NCBI RefSeq assembly: GCF_001735745.1
Contig: NZ_CP017260.1
Location: 1,110,001-1,142,000 of the forward strand
Direction of reading: 5' to 3'
Source of the DNA: Formosa sp. Hel1_33_131
Lineage (GTDB): Bacteria > Bacteroidota > Bacteroidia > Flavobacteriales > Flavobacteriaceae
Length of the DNA: 32,000 nucleotides
The notes under the pieces: model-generated
Told to the model about the DNA's origin: nothing
The model's database searches: none
The model's input: only the letters and a program-made list of their open reading frames with translations
Made by a program: the position numbers and the translations under genes
Part shown: in pieces, positions 4,883 through 15,888 of the stretch
How positions within the stretch are numbered: the stretch's first letter is position 1
How the letters are laid out: each line of letters begins with the position of its first letter

Positions 4883-7492
4883 TTATGCTCTTTTCTTTTT
4901 GGTCAACATCCGCTTGATTTCATTCAATTTCATCAAGGCCTCAACGGGTGTCAACGTATCAATATCAATCGCCTCTATATCAGATTTTAAAGCCTCTAGC
5001 ATGGGATCATCCAAATTAAAAAAGCTCAGTTGCATCTCACTGTCCAAGTCTTTGACTTTGGCCGTCAGCTCATCGCTCGAATGTGATTTCTCCAGCTGCT
5101 TCAGGATTTGTTGCGCCCGGTGTAAGACCTGTGGTGGCATCCCTGCCATTTTTGCCACATGAATCCCAAAACTGTGGTGACTACCACCCTTTACCAGAGT
5201 TCTTAAAAACAAGACATTGTCTTTCAGTTCTTTGACAGACACATTGTAATTTTTAATGCGGTCAAAGGTTTCCGTCATTTCATTCAACTCATGGTAGTGG
5301 GTTGCAAATAAGGTTTTGGCATGTGAGGGATGTTCGTGCAAGTATTCGCTAATCGCCCAGGCAATTGAAATCCCGTCGTAGGTACTCGTCCCCCGACCAA
5401 TTTCATCCAACAGCACCAAACTACGTTCCGACACATTGTTTAAGATGGAAGCGGTTTCATTCATCTCCACCATAAAGGTCGATTCGCCCATCGAAATATT
5501 ATCACTCGCCCCTACCCTTGTAAAAAGCTTGTCGATCAATCCGATACGCGCACTTTTGGCGGGCACAAAACTCCCAATTTGAGCCAGGAGTACAATCAAA
5601 GCCGTTTGGCGTAAAATAGCTGACTTACCAGACATATTAGGCCCTGTAATCATAATGATTTGCTGGGTATCTCGGTCTAAAAACACATCATTCGCCACAT
5701 AGGATTCCCCCAACGGCAACTGCTTTTCAATCACCGGATGACGTCCTTGTTTGATATCCAAATCAAAAGAGGCATCTATTTCTGGATACACATAATTATT
5801 TTGTTGTGCCAAATGCGCAAAAGACCCCAAGCAATCCAATTGTGCAATCAGTTGTGCATTTTGCTGTACCTGTAAAATGTAGGAATGCATCCAAAGAACC
5901 AGCTCAGAAAACAGCGTTTGTTCGATGACTAAAATACGGTCTTCAGCGCCTAATATTTTACTTTCATACTCTTTGAGTTCTTCCGTAATATAACGTTCCG
6001 CATTGACCAGTGTTTGTTTTCGAATCCACGTTTCTGGCACCTTGTCTTTGTGTGAATTTCGAACTTCAATATAATAGCCAAATACATTATTGGAGGCGAT
6101 TTTGAGCGATGTAATCCCAGTTGACGCACTCTCACGTTCCAACATTTTATTTAAATAATCTTTCCCTGAAAATGCAATCGCACGCAAACTTTCCAATTCT
6201 TCAGAAGCAGAAGAGGCGATGCTATTTCCTTTCAGAATATTTACAGGCGCATCTTCATTAAGCGTTTCTTTTATTTTTTCTCGCAACAACTCACAACTTT
6301 GAATCTGCTCGCCAATGCGTTTTAAATCTTCATTTTCACAGTTAGATGCCAAGGCTTTGATGGGCACAATGGCTTCCAAAGAGTTTTTTAAGTGCACCAC
6401 TTCACGTGGATTCACTTTGGCGGTGGCTACTTTTGAGATCAGGCGCTCCAAATCGCCCACTTGTTTGATATAGTTTTGTGTTTTCTGAAGCGCTACTTCA
6501 TTGTCCAAAAAATACTGCACCACTTCGTGACGCGCTTTTATTTTTTCTTGTGATTTTAAGGGCAATGCCAACCAACGTTTTAACAAACGTCCACCCATCG
6601 GTGAAATCGTGTGATCGATCACATCTATTAAGGTTACGGCATTGGCATTAGTCGAATGGTAAAGCTCTAAATTTCGGATGGTAAACTTATCCATCCACAC
6701 ATAATCACCTTCTAAAATACGCTCAATGGCGGTAATGTGTTGCAGCTTGTGGTGCTGAGTTTCCCCCAAATAATGCATGATCGCGCCAGAAGCCACCACT
6801 CCTTGCGCCAAGGCTTCAATTCCAAAGCCTTTAAGGGTTTTGGTCTGAAAATGCTTACAAAGCGTTTCGTTCGCATAATCATCCTGAAACACCCAATCTT
6901 CTAAATAGAAGGTGTGGAAATTAGCACCAAAAGTGTCATTAAAAATACTTCGTTTTTGTTTTTCTATGAGGACTTCACTCGGGTTAAAATTTTGAAGGAG
7001 TTTACCTATATATTCAGCCGAACCTTGTGCTGTGAGAAATTCTCCCGTAGAAACATCTAAAAATGCCACGCCGATTGTTTTTCCAAAATACACCGCCGCT
7101 AAAAAATTATTAGTTTTAGAACTTAAAACCTCATCATTCAACGCCACACCTGGCGTGACGAGTTCCGTAACCCCACGTTTCACAATCGATTTGGTGAGTT
7201 TTGGATCTTCTAATTGGTCACAAATCGCGACCCGCTCCCCTGCTTTGACCAATTTTGGCAAATAGGTATTGAGCGAATGGTGCGGAAATCCCGCCAATTC
7301 GGTTTCACTTTCGCTGCCTGCGCCGCGTTTGGTTAAAATAATATCTAATATTTTGGACGCCTTGACGGCATCACTTCCAAAAGTTTCATAAAAGTCGCCC
7401 ACCCGAAATAATAGCAACGCATCAGGGTACTTGACCTTGATGGCATTGTATTGTTTCATTAAAGGAGTGACTTTCTTCGTTTTATTTGCCAA
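4883..7492 (-). CDS. mutS: DNA mismatch repair protein MutS
   Basis: 869 aa. N-terminal TPLMKQY...FYRVGDFYE-like mismatch-binding motif ([12 protein letters not shown]), Walker A GPNMSGKS, and [12 protein letters not shown]. Confidence 0.97.
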   Translation of the reverse strand: MANKTKKVTPLMKQYNAIKVKYPDALLLFRVGDFYETFGSDAVKASKILDIILTKRGAGSESETELAGFPHHSLNTYLPKLVKAGERVAICDQLEDPKLTKSIVKRGVTELVTPGVALNDEVLSSKTNNFLAAVYFGKTIGVAFLDVSTGEFLTAQGSAEYIGKLLQNFNPSEVLIEKQKRSIFNDTFGANFHTFYLEDWVFQDDYANETLCKHFQTKTLKGFGIEALAQGVVASGAIMHYLGETQHHKLQHITAIERILEGDYVWMDKFTIRNLELYHSTNANAVTLIDVIDHTISPMGGRLLKRWLALPLKSQEKIKARHEVVQYFLDNEVALQKTQNYIKQVGDLERLISKVATAKVNPREVVHLKNSLEAIVPIKALASNCENEDLKRIGEQIQSCELLREKIKETLNEDAPVNILKGNSIASSASEELESLRAIAFSGKDYLNKMLERESASTGITSLKIASNNVFGYYIEVRNSHKDKVPETWIRKQTLVNAERYITEELKEYESKILGAEDRILVIEQTLFSELVLWMHSYILQVQQNAQLIAQLDCLGSFAHLAQQNNYVYPEIDASFDLDIKQGRHPVIEKQLPLGESYVANDVFLDRDTQQIIMITGPNMSGKSAILRQTALIVLLAQIGSFVPAKSARIGLIDKLFTRVGASDNISMGESTFMVEMNETASILNNVSERSLVLLDEIGRGTSTYDGISIAWAISEYLHEHPSHAKTLFATHYHELNEMTETFDRIKNYNVSVKELKDNVLFLRTLVKGGSHHSFGIHVAKMAGMPPQVLHRAQQILKQLEKSHSSDELTAKVKDLDSEMQLSFFNLDDPMLEALKSDIEAIDIDTLTPVEALMKLNEIKRMLTKKKRA

Positions 7493-7597
7493 TGGGGTTC
7501 TTGTTTTTATGCCTTACTTTTGTACGGAAGTAATAATGCTAAAGTAATTAAATTTAGCCTTTTTATAAAACTAAGTTTATTAAGATTTAAAACACGC

Positions 7598-8125
7598 ATG
7601 CGAAAATTAGAAAATAGCGAATTGGAACGCTTATCAGTCGAAGGATTTAAAGCCGTTGAAAAAACGCCTTTAATTGTGGTTTTGGATAACATTCGAAGTT
7701 TAAATAATATTGGAAGTGTGTTTAGAACCAGTGATGCCTTTCGAATTGAAAAAATTTACCTCTGTGGGATTACGGCAACACCGCCACATAAGGATATTCA
7801 AAAAACGGCTTTGGGAAGTACCGAGTCTGTCGAATGGGAATACGCTGAGAATACTCTGGAACTTATTCAAAAATTACATGCAGAAAGCGTTCAAGTAATT
7901 TCCATTGAGCAAGCAGAAAACGCGACGATGCTGAATAAATTCACTCCCAAACCAAACACAACTTATGCCTTGGTTTTTGGAAACGAAGTGAAAGGCGTCT
8001 CTCAAGACGTTGTAAACCTTAGTGATGCAGTGATTGAAATTCCACAATATGGCACCAAGCATTCGCTAAACATATCCGTGAGTTGTGGCGTGGTGTTGTG
8101 GGATCTGTTTAGTAAATTAGACTAG
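7598..8125 (+). CDS. SpoU/TrmH family RNA 2'-O-methyltransferase
   Basis: SpoU motifs NIGSVFRTSDAF, LVFGNEVKGVS and IPQYGTKHSLNISVSCGVVLW. The ORF track begins at a TTG at 7520; the ATG at 7598 (MRKLENSE..) gives the usual length of about 175 aa. Confidence 0.85.
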   Translation: MRKLENSELERLSVEGFKAVEKTPLIVVLDNIRSLNNIGSVFRTSDAFRIEKIYLCGITATPPHKDIQKTALGSTESVEWEYAENTLELIQKLHAESVQVISIEQAENATMLNKFTPKPNTTYALVFGNEVKGVSQDVVNLSDAVIEIPQYGTKHSLNISVSCGVVLWDLFSKLD

Positions 8126-9249
8126 GCACAAATTTGCTCTAAAATCCAAAGGTAATCCACACGGTTTTTGATGAAATCACGGTTAGAAATGTCAATGATT
8201 TTTACATTAAACTCCGGATGCTTTTGTATGAATTCCAAATAACCTGAATTGATTTTATCTAAATAACTCGACTCGATGGTTTGTTCGTAGTCGCGCCCTC
8301 TCAGTCGGATGTTCTCTTGTAAGCGTTCGGTGTTTTGATAGAGATAAATATACAAATCGGGCCTTGCAATATCTTTATAAACCTGATAAAATAATTTTCT
8401 ATACAACACAAACTCATCTTCACTCAAGGTGATTTTTGAAAAAATAAGCGACTTAAATACGTCGTAATCACTCACAATAAAATCTTTAAACAAATCTAAT
8501 TGCGATAAGTCATCTGAGATTTGTTGGTAGCGATCGGCCAAAAAAGACATTTCTAAAGTAAAAGCATAGCGGGTCGCATCTTCATAGAATTTTGGCAAAA
8601 ATGGATTGTCCGCAAAACGCTCCAAGATTTTTTTAGCATTGAAATCATGAGACATCATGTGTGCCAAACTTGTTTTTCCTGCGCCTATATTTCCTTCTAT
8701 GGCAATGAAATTATAGTTTGAAAAATCAAATGTTTGCATCGGATTTTTCAAGCGAGATTCTGAAAGTGTCAATTGGCTTTCATCTGTACACTGATCCAGC
8801 AACGTACGAATGGATTGTTTTAAAATTGGGTGTTCAAAATCGGCAGAAATATCCATGAGCGGCTGTAACACAAAAAGCCGTTCTTGAAGTCTGGGATGTG
8901 GCAACTCCAAACGCTCTGATTTTGAAATCAAGCTGTCATAAAACAACAGGTCTAAATCAATCGTTCGAGAGTGGTATTGACCATCCTCATGACGAATGCG
9001 TCCTAAACTTTGTTCAATTGCCAACAGTTTTTCCAACACTTCAGAGGCATTTAACAGGGTGGATACTTTTAGGCATCCATTGATGAAATCATCGCCCTCA
9101 AACCCCAACGCAGGCGTTTGATACAGCTTCGATATTTGATGGATACTGCCTATTTGGGTATGGATGGCATCAACAGCCGTTTGAAGGTGATTTAGTTTAT
9201 CACCCTTGTTACTTCCAATCCCAATTAAAACCGTTTTTTCGTGCATCAT
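8122..9249 (-). CDS. folK: Fusion protein: HPPK (2-amino-4-hydroxy-6-hydroxymethyldihydropteridine diphosphokinase) N-terminal domain plus deoxynucleoside kinase C-terminal domain
   Basis: N-terminal half: IGIGSNKGDK, TIDLDLL and LPHPRLQERLFVLQPL (HPPK). C-terminal half: IAIEGNIGAGKTS P-loop, FLPKFY, and RGRDYE in the LID region (dNK). One uninterrupted frame covers both halves. The start is ambiguous: TTG at 9261, ATG at 9249 or 9246. Confidence 0.85.
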   Translation of the reverse strand: MMHEKTVLIGIGSNKGDKLNHLQTAVDAIHTQIGSIHQISKLYQTPALGFEGDDFINGCLKVSTLLNASEVLEKLLAIEQSLGRIRHEDGQYHSRTIDLDLLFYDSLISKSERLELPHPRLQERLFVLQPLMDISADFEHPILKQSIRTLLDQCTDESQLTLSESRLKNPMQTFDFSNYNFIAIEGNIGAGKTSLAHMMSHDFNAKKILERFADNPFLPKFYEDATRYAFTLEMSFLADRYQQISDDLSQLDLFKDFIVSDYDVFKSLIFSKITLSEDEFVLYRKLFYQVYKDIARPDLYIYLYQNTERLQENIRLRGRDYEQTIESSYLDKINSGYLEFIQKHPEFNVKIIDISNRDFIKNRVDYLWILEQICA

Positions 9250-9339
9250 ATAAAGTAGCAAAATAACTAAAAGAAAAATTAATATGAGGGGTTTGTCTAA
9301 GTATTTATTGACAATTTAACTTCCATTTAAAAAGTCAAC

Positions 9340-10134
9340 TTAAGACACGTTTAAGCCCACAACCAGTCCTTCGTTACTTCTCACATTGAATACTGTATTG
9401 TCTTCAAAAATAAGATATTGCCCCTTGATCCCTTTGAGAACTCCCGAGTACTCAGGTGTTTTGGTCAAGTTCAAACTTTTTGGTTTTTCAGGGTATTTCT
9501 GAACGGGAAATTCTAATTTAAGTGGTTTTTGATTGGCTAAAAAATAGGATTTAGATTCCTCTGGGATGTACTCTGATAAGCGTTGTCGCCAGTCTTCTAA
9601 ATTTTCATCGGGAGCGGTGCCTTTGAGCATTTCACGCCAATTGGTTTTATCACTGACATATTTTTTAAGGGCAACTTCCGTCACCCCTGCCAAATAACGG
9701 TTGGGCACTTCTACAATCTCCAGTGCTTCTTGTGCCCCTTGATCGATCCAACGTGTAGGTACTTGGGTTTTCCGAGTGACGCCTACTTTCACGTTGCTAG
9801 AGTTTGCTAAATACACAATATGAGGTTGAAGCTGCACCCGCTTTTCATACTCCAAATCACGTTCTTCTTGATCGAGATGTGCTTTGCTGAGTTCGGGGCG
9901 CATGATCCAATCTGCCGCTTGAGGCAGTTCGAAAAAACAAGATTTACAAAATCCTTGTCTAAAAACAGGCGCTTCACTACTACAGTTTAAACACTGGTAT
10001 TTGACAAAAGAAAGCGTCAATTTCTTGTTTAATAATTGGTTCATGTTTAGAATGTCATTTTCAAGCACCAAAAAATATTGAATAGGCTTTGAAAACTCCG
10101 TTTCCATTTTAGTTAAAACTCCTTGATACAGCAT
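9340..10134 (-). CDS. DUF2797-like protein (conserved, function unknown; Cys-rich N-terminal segment CLNC...CKSC)
   Basis: The long ORF contains YQCLNCSSE..FCKSCFF, then HIVYLANSSNVKVGVTR and WIDQGA. The start is set at the ATG at 10134 (MLYQG..) so that it does not overlap the divergent GH3 gene. The family call is from memory. Confidence 0.6.
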   Translation of the reverse strand: MLYQGVLTKMETEFSKPIQYFLVLENDILNMNQLLNKKLTLSFVKYQCLNCSSEAPVFRQGFCKSCFFELPQAADWIMRPELSKAHLDQEERDLEYEKRVQLQPHIVYLANSSNVKVGVTRKTQVPTRWIDQGAQEALEIVEVPNRYLAGVTEVALKKYVSDKTNWREMLKGTAPDENLEDWRQRLSEYIPEESKSYFLANQKPLKLEFPVQKYPEKPKSLNLTKTPEYSGVLKGIKGQYLIFEDNTVFNVRSNEGLVVGLNVS

Positions 10135-10178
10135 TAGCAAATTTTTATTACATTTAGCATGTAAATATATACAATTAT

Positions 10179-11690
10179 ATGGCAATTCCATTAGTGAATT
10201 CTGTGGCATCATGGGTTTTAAAGAAACGATTTCATCAAATTGATTTGTTTCTGAAATACCCGCATGAAGTTCAAAATGAACTGCTTATGAATTTAGTATC
10301 GATTTCTAAAGATACCGAAATTGGAAAAAATTATGATTTTAAATCCATTCGTAATTACCGCGATTTTTCTCAACGCATCCCTGTCTCCACCTATGAAGAT
10401 TACCAAGATTTAATAGAACGCTCCCGAAAAGGTGAGAAAAATATATTTTGGCCAAAACCGATCAAATGGTTTGCAAAATCGAGTGGAACGACCAATGCAA
10501 AAAGCAAGTTTATCCCTGTTAGTATCGATTCTTTAGAAGATTGTCACTATGCGGCGAGTAAGGATTTACTGTGTATGTATTTGAATAATAACGAAGACTC
10601 TACGCTCTTTGATGGAAAAAATTTACGCTTGGGAGGCAGCAAAGAGCTCTATGAGGAAAATGGAACGATCTTCGGAGATTTGTCTGCTATTTTGATTCAT
10701 AACATGCCTTTTTGGGCAGAGTTTAGCAGCACGCCCAGTAACAAAGTTTCTTTGATGAGTGATTGGGAATATAAGATGCAGGCGATCGTTAATGAAACGA
10801 TCCATGAAAATGTAACCAGCCTTGCCGGCGTACCTTCGTGGATGTTGGTACTGCTGAATAATGTTTTAGAAACTTCTGGCAGTAAAACGATTTTGGACGT
10901 TTGGCCAAATCTGGAAGTGTACTTTCATGGTGGGGTGAGTTTTCTTCCGTACGTCGATCAATTCAAATCCATCATCCCTTCAAATTCCGTTAAGTATTAT
11001 GAGATATACAATGCTTCCGAAGGCTTTTTTGCCATTCAAGATCGGAACCATTCGGATGAGCTTTTGTTAATGTTGGATTACGGTATTTTTTATGAGTTCA
11101 TTCCTATGAAAACTTATGGAAGTCCAACCGAGAGAATAATCCCTTTATCGGAGGTTGAAGTCGGCGAAAACTATGCCATTATTGTGACGACGAATGCGGG
11201 CTTGTGGCGTTATAAAATTGGAGATACCGTGACGTTTACGTCTGTAGCACCCTATCGGATTAAAGTGACAGGAAGAACCAAGCATTTTATTAATGTTTTT
11301 GGAGAAGAATTGATCATTGAAAACACAGATAAGGCGATAAAAATAGCCACCCAAAAAACCAAAACGGAAATTGTGGATTATACGGCTGCACCCATATTTA
11401 TGGAAGGAAAATCTAAAGGAGCCCACGAATGGATAATCGAGTTTAAAACTCCACCAAAAGACCTCTCTTATTTTGTGGAGCTTTTAGATAATTCTCTAAA
11501 GTCTTTAAATTCTGATTACGAAGCCAAGCGCTTTAACAATATAACCTTAAATATGCCTAAAGTTCATGTCGCACAAGAAGGATTGTTCTATAAATGGATG
11601 AAACGAAATAACAAATTGGGCGGTCAACACAAAGTGCCCCGCCTGTCCAATTCGCGTCAATTTTTAGAGGAGCTCTTAGAGATGAATTAA
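10179..11690 (+). CDS. GH3 family (auxin-responsive-promoter-type) adenylating enzyme homolog
   Basis: 503 aa. The motifs [26 protein letters not shown] and GQHKVPRL are typical of bacterial GH3 / acyl-acid amido synthetase-like proteins. Confidence 0.8.
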   Translation: MAIPLVNSVASWVLKKRFHQIDLFLKYPHEVQNELLMNLVSISKDTEIGKNYDFKSIRNYRDFSQRIPVSTYEDYQDLIERSRKGEKNIFWPKPIKWFAKSSGTTNAKSKFIPVSIDSLEDCHYAASKDLLCMYLNNNEDSTLFDGKNLRLGGSKELYEENGTIFGDLSAILIHNMPFWAEFSSTPSNKVSLMSDWEYKMQAIVNETIHENVTSLAGVPSWMLVLLNNVLETSGSKTILDVWPNLEVYFHGGVSFLPYVDQFKSIIPSNSVKYYEIYNASEGFFAIQDRNHSDELLLMLDYGIFYEFIPMKTYGSPTERIIPLSEVEVGENYAIIVTTNAGLWRYKIGDTVTFTSVAPYRIKVTGRTKHFINVFGEELIIENTDKAIKIATQKTKTEIVDYTAAPIFMEGKSKGAHEWIIEFKTPPKDLSYFVELLDNSLKSLNSDYEAKRFNNITLNMPKVHVAQEGLFYKWMKRNNKLGGQHKVPRLSNSRQFLEELLEMN

Positions 11691-12919
11691 GAAACCGCTT
11701 TCAAACGTTTTATTTGAGTACGCGTCAAGTGTTTTTTAACATAGGCTTCAGTAACCACCAAGGCCGTTTCGTCATTGCTTGGCATTACAAACATGGCATC
11801 GGTTAAAATTTCTTCACATAAAGATCTTAATCCACGGGCACCAAGCTTGTATTCAATGGCTTTCTTGACAATAAAATCTAAGGCATCGTCTTCAAAAGAC
11901 AACGCAATTTCATCCATTTCAAAAAGCTTTTTATATTGCTTTACAAGGGCGTTTTTGGGTTCTGTTAAAATCGCTCTTAAGGTTTCCTCATCTAAAGGAT
12001 TCATGTACGTCAACACGGGTAAACGTCCAATAATTTCTGGAATCAATCCAAAATCTTTTAAATCTTTTGGGATGATGTATTGCAATAAATTTTCAGTGTC
12101 AATTTGTTCTTCGTCATGTGAAACCTTGTAGCCAATAGCGGACATATTGAGGCGTTTTGAGATATGACGATCGACGCCATCAAATGCACCTCCAGCGATG
12201 AATAAAATATTTTCTGTATTGACTTCTATGAATTTTTGATCTGGGTGTTTTCGACCGCCTTTTGGTGGGACATTCACAACCGTTCCTTCTAATAATTTCA
12301 AAAGTGCTTGTTGTACGCCTTCTCCAGACACATCACGTGTGATGGATGGGTTGTCGCTTTTACGAGCAATTTTATCAATTTCATCGATAAAAACAATGCC
12401 ACGTTCGGCTTTTTCTTGATCGTAATCTGCCGCTTGTAAGAGACGTGTGAGCATACTTTCTACATCCTCACCCACATAACCAGCTTCAGTTAACACCGTC
12501 GCATCGACGATGGCTAAAGGGACGTTGAGCATTTTCGCAATGGTTTTGGCCATCAGGGTTTTTCCGGTCCCTGTTTGCCCTACCATAATAATATTACTTT
12601 TTTGGATTTCGATATCGTCCTCCGTAGGCGGTTGCAACAAACGTTTGTAGTGGTTGTAAACCGCTACCGACATTACTTTTTTGGTTTGCTCTTGCCCAAT
12701 AATATAAGAATCCAAAAAGGCTTTGATTTCTTGGGGTTTTTTGAGCATGACATCCGAAGTGAGTCCGCTGCCATTATCTTGCTTTGTTTCTTCAAGGACA
12801 ATGCCATTGGCTTGCTCTATACAGCGATCACAGATGTGCGCATCGATTCCTGCAATGAGTAAGTTGGTGTCGGCTTTTTTCTTGCCACAAAATGAACAGT
12901 CTAATTCTTCTTTTGCCAT
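11687..12919 (-). CDS. clpX: ATP-dependent Clp protease ATP-binding subunit ClpX
   Basis: N-terminal zinc finger CSFCGK...CDRC, Walker A GQTGTGKT, Walker [10 protein letters not shown], and GARGLR. Confidence 0.97.
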   Translation of the reverse strand: MAKEELDCSFCGKKKADTNLLIAGIDAHICDRCIEQANGIVLEETKQDNGSGLTSDVMLKKPQEIKAFLDSYIIGQEQTKKVMSVAVYNHYKRLLQPPTEDDIEIQKSNIIMVGQTGTGKTLMAKTIAKMLNVPLAIVDATVLTEAGYVGEDVESMLTRLLQAADYDQEKAERGIVFIDEIDKIARKSDNPSITRDVSGEGVQQALLKLLEGTVVNVPPKGGRKHPDQKFIEVNTENILFIAGGAFDGVDRHISKRLNMSAIGYKVSHDEEQIDTENLLQYIIPKDLKDFGLIPEIIGRLPVLTYMNPLDEETLRAILTEPKNALVKQYKKLFEMDEIALSFEDDALDFIVKKAIEYKLGARGLRSLCEEILTDAMFVMPSNDETALVVTEAYVKKHLTRTQIKRLKAVS

Positions 12920-12937
12920 AACTCCTTTGGGGTGTTT

Positions 12938-13612
12938 TTAACTTCGCGTTAATATTTCGTCAATCATACCGTATTCTAAAGCCTTATCAGATTTCATCCA
13001 ATAATCACGATCACTATCTTTGTACACTTTGTCATACTCTTGACCGGAGTGCTTACTAATGATTTTATAAAGTTCTTCTTTTAAGATTAGAATTTCGCGG
13101 GCTGTAATTTCAATATCACTTGCTTGTCCTTGCGCACCTCCTAGTGGTTGGTGAATCATCACTCTTGAGTGTGTCAATCCACTACGTTTTCCTTTAGCTC
13201 CTGCACATAATAATACAGCTCCCATTGAGGCTGCCATTCCTGTACAAATCGTTGCGACGTCGGGCTTGATCAACTGCATTGTGTCATAAATTCCAAGTCC
13301 TGCATACACACTTCCTCCTGGAGAGTTGATGTATATTTGGATGTCTTTGGTGGCGTCTGTACTTTCTAAAAACAACAGTTGTGCTTGAATAATATTAGCA
13401 ACTTGATCGTTGATCGCTGTTCCCATAAATATAATACGATCCATCATCAATCTTGAAAACACATCAAAAACAGCAACATTCATTTGACGTTCTTCAATAA
13501 TGTTTGGCGTCAAACCCATAGGTGTCATACTGCTTACTATTTTATCATAATAAGTGCTGCTGATTCCATGGTCTGAGATGGCGTATTTTTTGAATTCATT
13601 TCCGTAATCCAT
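12938..13612 (-). CDS. clpP: ATP-dependent Clp protease proteolytic subunit ClpP
   Basis: Catalytic-site contexts GMAASMGA and MIHQP. It sits in the conserved tig-clpP-clpX order. Confidence 0.95.
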   Translation of the reverse strand: MDYGNEFKKYAISDHGISSTYYDKIVSSMTPMGLTPNIIEERQMNVAVFDVFSRLMMDRIIFMGTAINDQVANIIQAQLLFLESTDATKDIQIYINSPGGSVYAGLGIYDTMQLIKPDVATICTGMAASMGAVLLCAGAKGKRSGLTHSRVMIHQPLGGAQGQASDIEITAREILILKEELYKIISKHSGQEYDKVYKDSDRDYWMKSDKALEYGMIDEILTRS

Positions 13613-13674
13613 AATGCTTTTTTTAAGTTTTTAAAATGTAAATATAAAACTATTTATAATTTGCTTTAAAGGTA

Positions 13675-13705
13675 TAAAAAAACACTTCCTAAAAAGTGTT
13701 TTTTG
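13675..13705 (-). terminator. Hairpin plus T-run terminator downstream of tig (symmetric, possibly bidirectional)
   Basis: AAAAAAACACTT-cct-AAAAAGTGTTTTTT lies between the tig stop (13723) and the clpP start (13612). Confidence 0.55.
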
Positions 13706-13722
13706 CTTAATTATTTATAAAA

Positions 13723-15048
13723 TTACTTCCCGTAAACTTCTTTAACGAAGGCTTCGTAAGCTAATTTTTTATCTTTAAAATTAGCGTTTTCTTTATAAAA
13801 ATCTAATAATTTTTGACTTGTGAGTTGTTCAGAAATACGTTTCACTTCGTCTTGGTTTGAAAGTACACGTGCAACGATATCGTCAATTTCTTTTTCGGTT
13901 GGGTTCATTTGACCGTACTGTGCCATTTGCCCTTTGATCATCTCCGAAGTGTAGGCTTTTAAATCTTCAAAATTAACTTGAAGATTGTTTTCTACAATAA
14001 GCTTGCTTTCAATTAATTGGTAGCGCATGCTTTTTTCTGACTTCTCAAATTCCTCTTTGGCTTGCGCCTCGTTTAATTCGGTTTCGCCAGCCGTTTGTAT
14101 CCATTTCTGAAGAAACTTCACTGGTAAATCAAATTTTGTGTTTTCTACAAGGTGTTCAGTCACATCGTTCAAGAATTTCTGATCTGCTTGTTGTACGAAT
14201 TGTTTTTCAGCATCTTCTGTGATTTTAGCTCTCAATTCTGTCACTGAATTCACAGCGCCTGGACCAAATAACTTATCAAACAACTCTTGATCTAAATCTG
14301 CTAATTCTCTTGTGTTCACTTCACTGATTGTAAAGGTCACTTGCACATCAAGTCCATGAGCCGTGTCGTGATCTACTTTTAAATAGGTCATCAAATCGTG
14401 GGAGTCATTAAACAACCCTTTGGTGTCTAATGTCAACACATCGCCAACGTTAGCTCCTGAAAAAGCTTTTACATTTGGTTTTCCTTTTAACTTATCTAAA
14501 GTCAAAGTTGCGGTTGCTTCAATCCCTTCTGCGTCATTGAAAAATACTCCAGTGACTTCATCTTCATCGCCAACGACTGTTTTGGCAACAAGTTTTCCGT
14601 ATTGTTTTTGAATGTTGATCAATTGATCGTCAATCATTTTTTTATCGGCAGTAATCGTGTATTTAGTAAGTGCTTTTTTAGCTTTTAGTTTGATTTCAAA
14701 TTCTGGACTTAATCCGATTTCAAATTCAAACGAAAAATCATCCCCTTCCCAATCCAAATCGTCTTTAGCTATTGGCAGTGGATTTCCTAAAACATCTAGT
14801 TTTTCATCTGTCAGGTATTTCCCTAAAGCTTCTTGAAGTGTCTTATTGACTTCGTCAGCCAACACGGATTTTCCATATTGCTTTTTAACAAGACCCATCG
14901 GGACTTGTCCTTTTCTAAAGCCAGGAATGTTCGCTGTTTTGCGGTAATTTGTTAAAATTTTCTCTACGTTTTCAGAATAATCTGATTTCGTAATATCAAT
15001 CTTAACCACGGCATTTAACGTGTCAATAGTTTCTCTTGTAATATTCAT
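13723..15048 (-). CDS. tig: Trigger factor
   Basis: 442 aa from the ATG at 15048 (MNITRE..). It has the ribosome-binding GFRKGQVP motif. The ORF track start at 15075 is a probable upstream extension. Confidence 0.9.
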   Translation of the reverse strand: MNITRETIDTLNAVVKIDITKSDYSENVEKILTNYRKTANIPGFRKGQVPMGLVKKQYGKSVLADEVNKTLQEALGKYLTDEKLDVLGNPLPIAKDDLDWEGDDFSFEFEIGLSPEFEIKLKAKKALTKYTITADKKMIDDQLINIQKQYGKLVAKTVVGDEDEVTGVFFNDAEGIEATATLTLDKLKGKPNVKAFSGANVGDVLTLDTKGLFNDSHDLMTYLKVDHDTAHGLDVQVTFTISEVNTRELADLDQELFDKLFGPGAVNSVTELRAKITEDAEKQFVQQADQKFLNDVTEHLVENTKFDLPVKFLQKWIQTAGETELNEAQAKEEFEKSEKSMRYQLIESKLIVENNLQVNFEDLKAYTSEMIKGQMAQYGQMNPTEKEIDDIVARVLSNQDEVKRISEQLTSQKLLDFYKENANFKDKKLAYEAFVKEVYGK

Positions 15049-15123
15049 TGTGATGAAATAAAAATTGGGTGGCAAAAATACAATATTTTTAATGCCTTAC
15101 AAACATTTTTAAGCTTATGTGTA

Positions 15124-15888
15124 TCAAGTGATAAACGTGCAAACACGATCGAAGAATTCCACTGGGTTTTCGGCATGCAGCCAATGGCCTGCATTTGAAA
15201 TCGTTTTGAGGGTTGCACTCGGGAATTGAATTTTTATAAGCGCTTCATCTGCAGCGGAAATATACTCTGATTTATCACCTCTTAAAAACAGGGTGTCTTT
15301 TTGAAAAACCAATGTTGACGGCAAAGCTTCTCCCACCTCAGAAACTTGTGCTTTGAGCACTTCTAAATTGATCCGAAGCCCTAAAACATCTGGAGAAATT
15401 CTGTACACATTTTTCAATAAAAATTGGCGTGTTCCAACCTCGTGAACGTATTTAGACAATTGGGTTTCCGCTTCTTTTCTAGAGAAGATTTCCTCGAAAT
15501 TCAGGGAAGTCAATCCTTCTAAAATAGCATCGTGATGGACTGGATAAAATCGAGGGGAGATATCGGCTACAATTAATTTTGAAACAATTTTCGGATAAAG
15601 TGCCGCAAAAAGCATGGCTGTTTTTCCGCCCATAGAATGCCCTAAAAGCACAATATTCTCTAAATCATGTTGACTGCAATAGGCTTTTAAATCTGCTGCT
15701 AATACATCATAATTAAATTCTGAATCGTGAAAACTGCGTCCGTGATTCCGTTGATCGACGAGGTGAACTTGAAAGCCTAAACCTGAAAACTGTTTTGCGA
15801 GGGTTTTCCAATTATCGCCCATCCCCAAAAATCCATGGAGAATAATGAACGGCTTCCCCTCTCCTATAATATTGGAATGTAAGTGCAT
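15124..15888 (-). CDS. Alpha/beta hydrolase fold protein (esterase-like)
   Basis: HGFLG oxyanion region, nucleophile elbow GHSMGG, and a C-terminal GHW.H motif. Its start overlaps the pdxJ stop by 1 nt. Confidence 0.8.
   Translation of the reverse strand: MHLHSNIIGEGKPFIILHGFLGMGDNWKTLAKQFSGLGFQVHLVDQRNHGRSFHDSEFNYDVLAADLKAYCSQHDLENIVLLGHSMGGKTAMLFAALYPKIVSKLIVADISPRFYPVHHDAILEGLTSLNFEEIFSRKEAETQLSKYVHEVGTRQFLLKNVYRISPDVLGLRINLEVLKAQVSEVGEALPSTLVFQKDTLFLRGDKSEYISAADEALIKIQFPSATLKTISNAGHWLHAENPVEFFDRVCTFIT

Noticed and set aside
4899-7265. ORFs inside mutS: 4899-5162 and 7032-7265 on the opposite strand, and 5950-6135 out of frame on the same strand.
   Set aside because: They lie entirely within a high-confidence 869-aa MutS frame, and their low-complexity translations are typical of shadow ORFs.
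7507-8062. Small ORFs 7507-7692 (-), 7710-7898 (+) and 7874-8062 (-), and the TTG-initiated N-terminal extension of the methyltransferase (7520).
   Set aside because: They overlap or are out of frame with the SpoU/TrmH gene. The extension adds a non-conserved hydrophobic leader, and the ATG at 7598 gives the normal family length.
10135-10212. Apparent 34-nt head-to-head overlap of the DUF2797 and GH3 ORFs in the ORF track.
   Set aside because: It results from taking the most upstream ATG (MMPQNS..). The internal ATG at 10134 removes the overlap and a non-conserved N-terminal extension.
8898-12941. Antisense ORFs 8898-9083, 10623-10805, 11145-11426, 11775-12131, 12575-12862 and 12723-12941.
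   Set aside because: Each lies inside folK-dNK, GH3 or clpX on the opposite strand, with no independent support.
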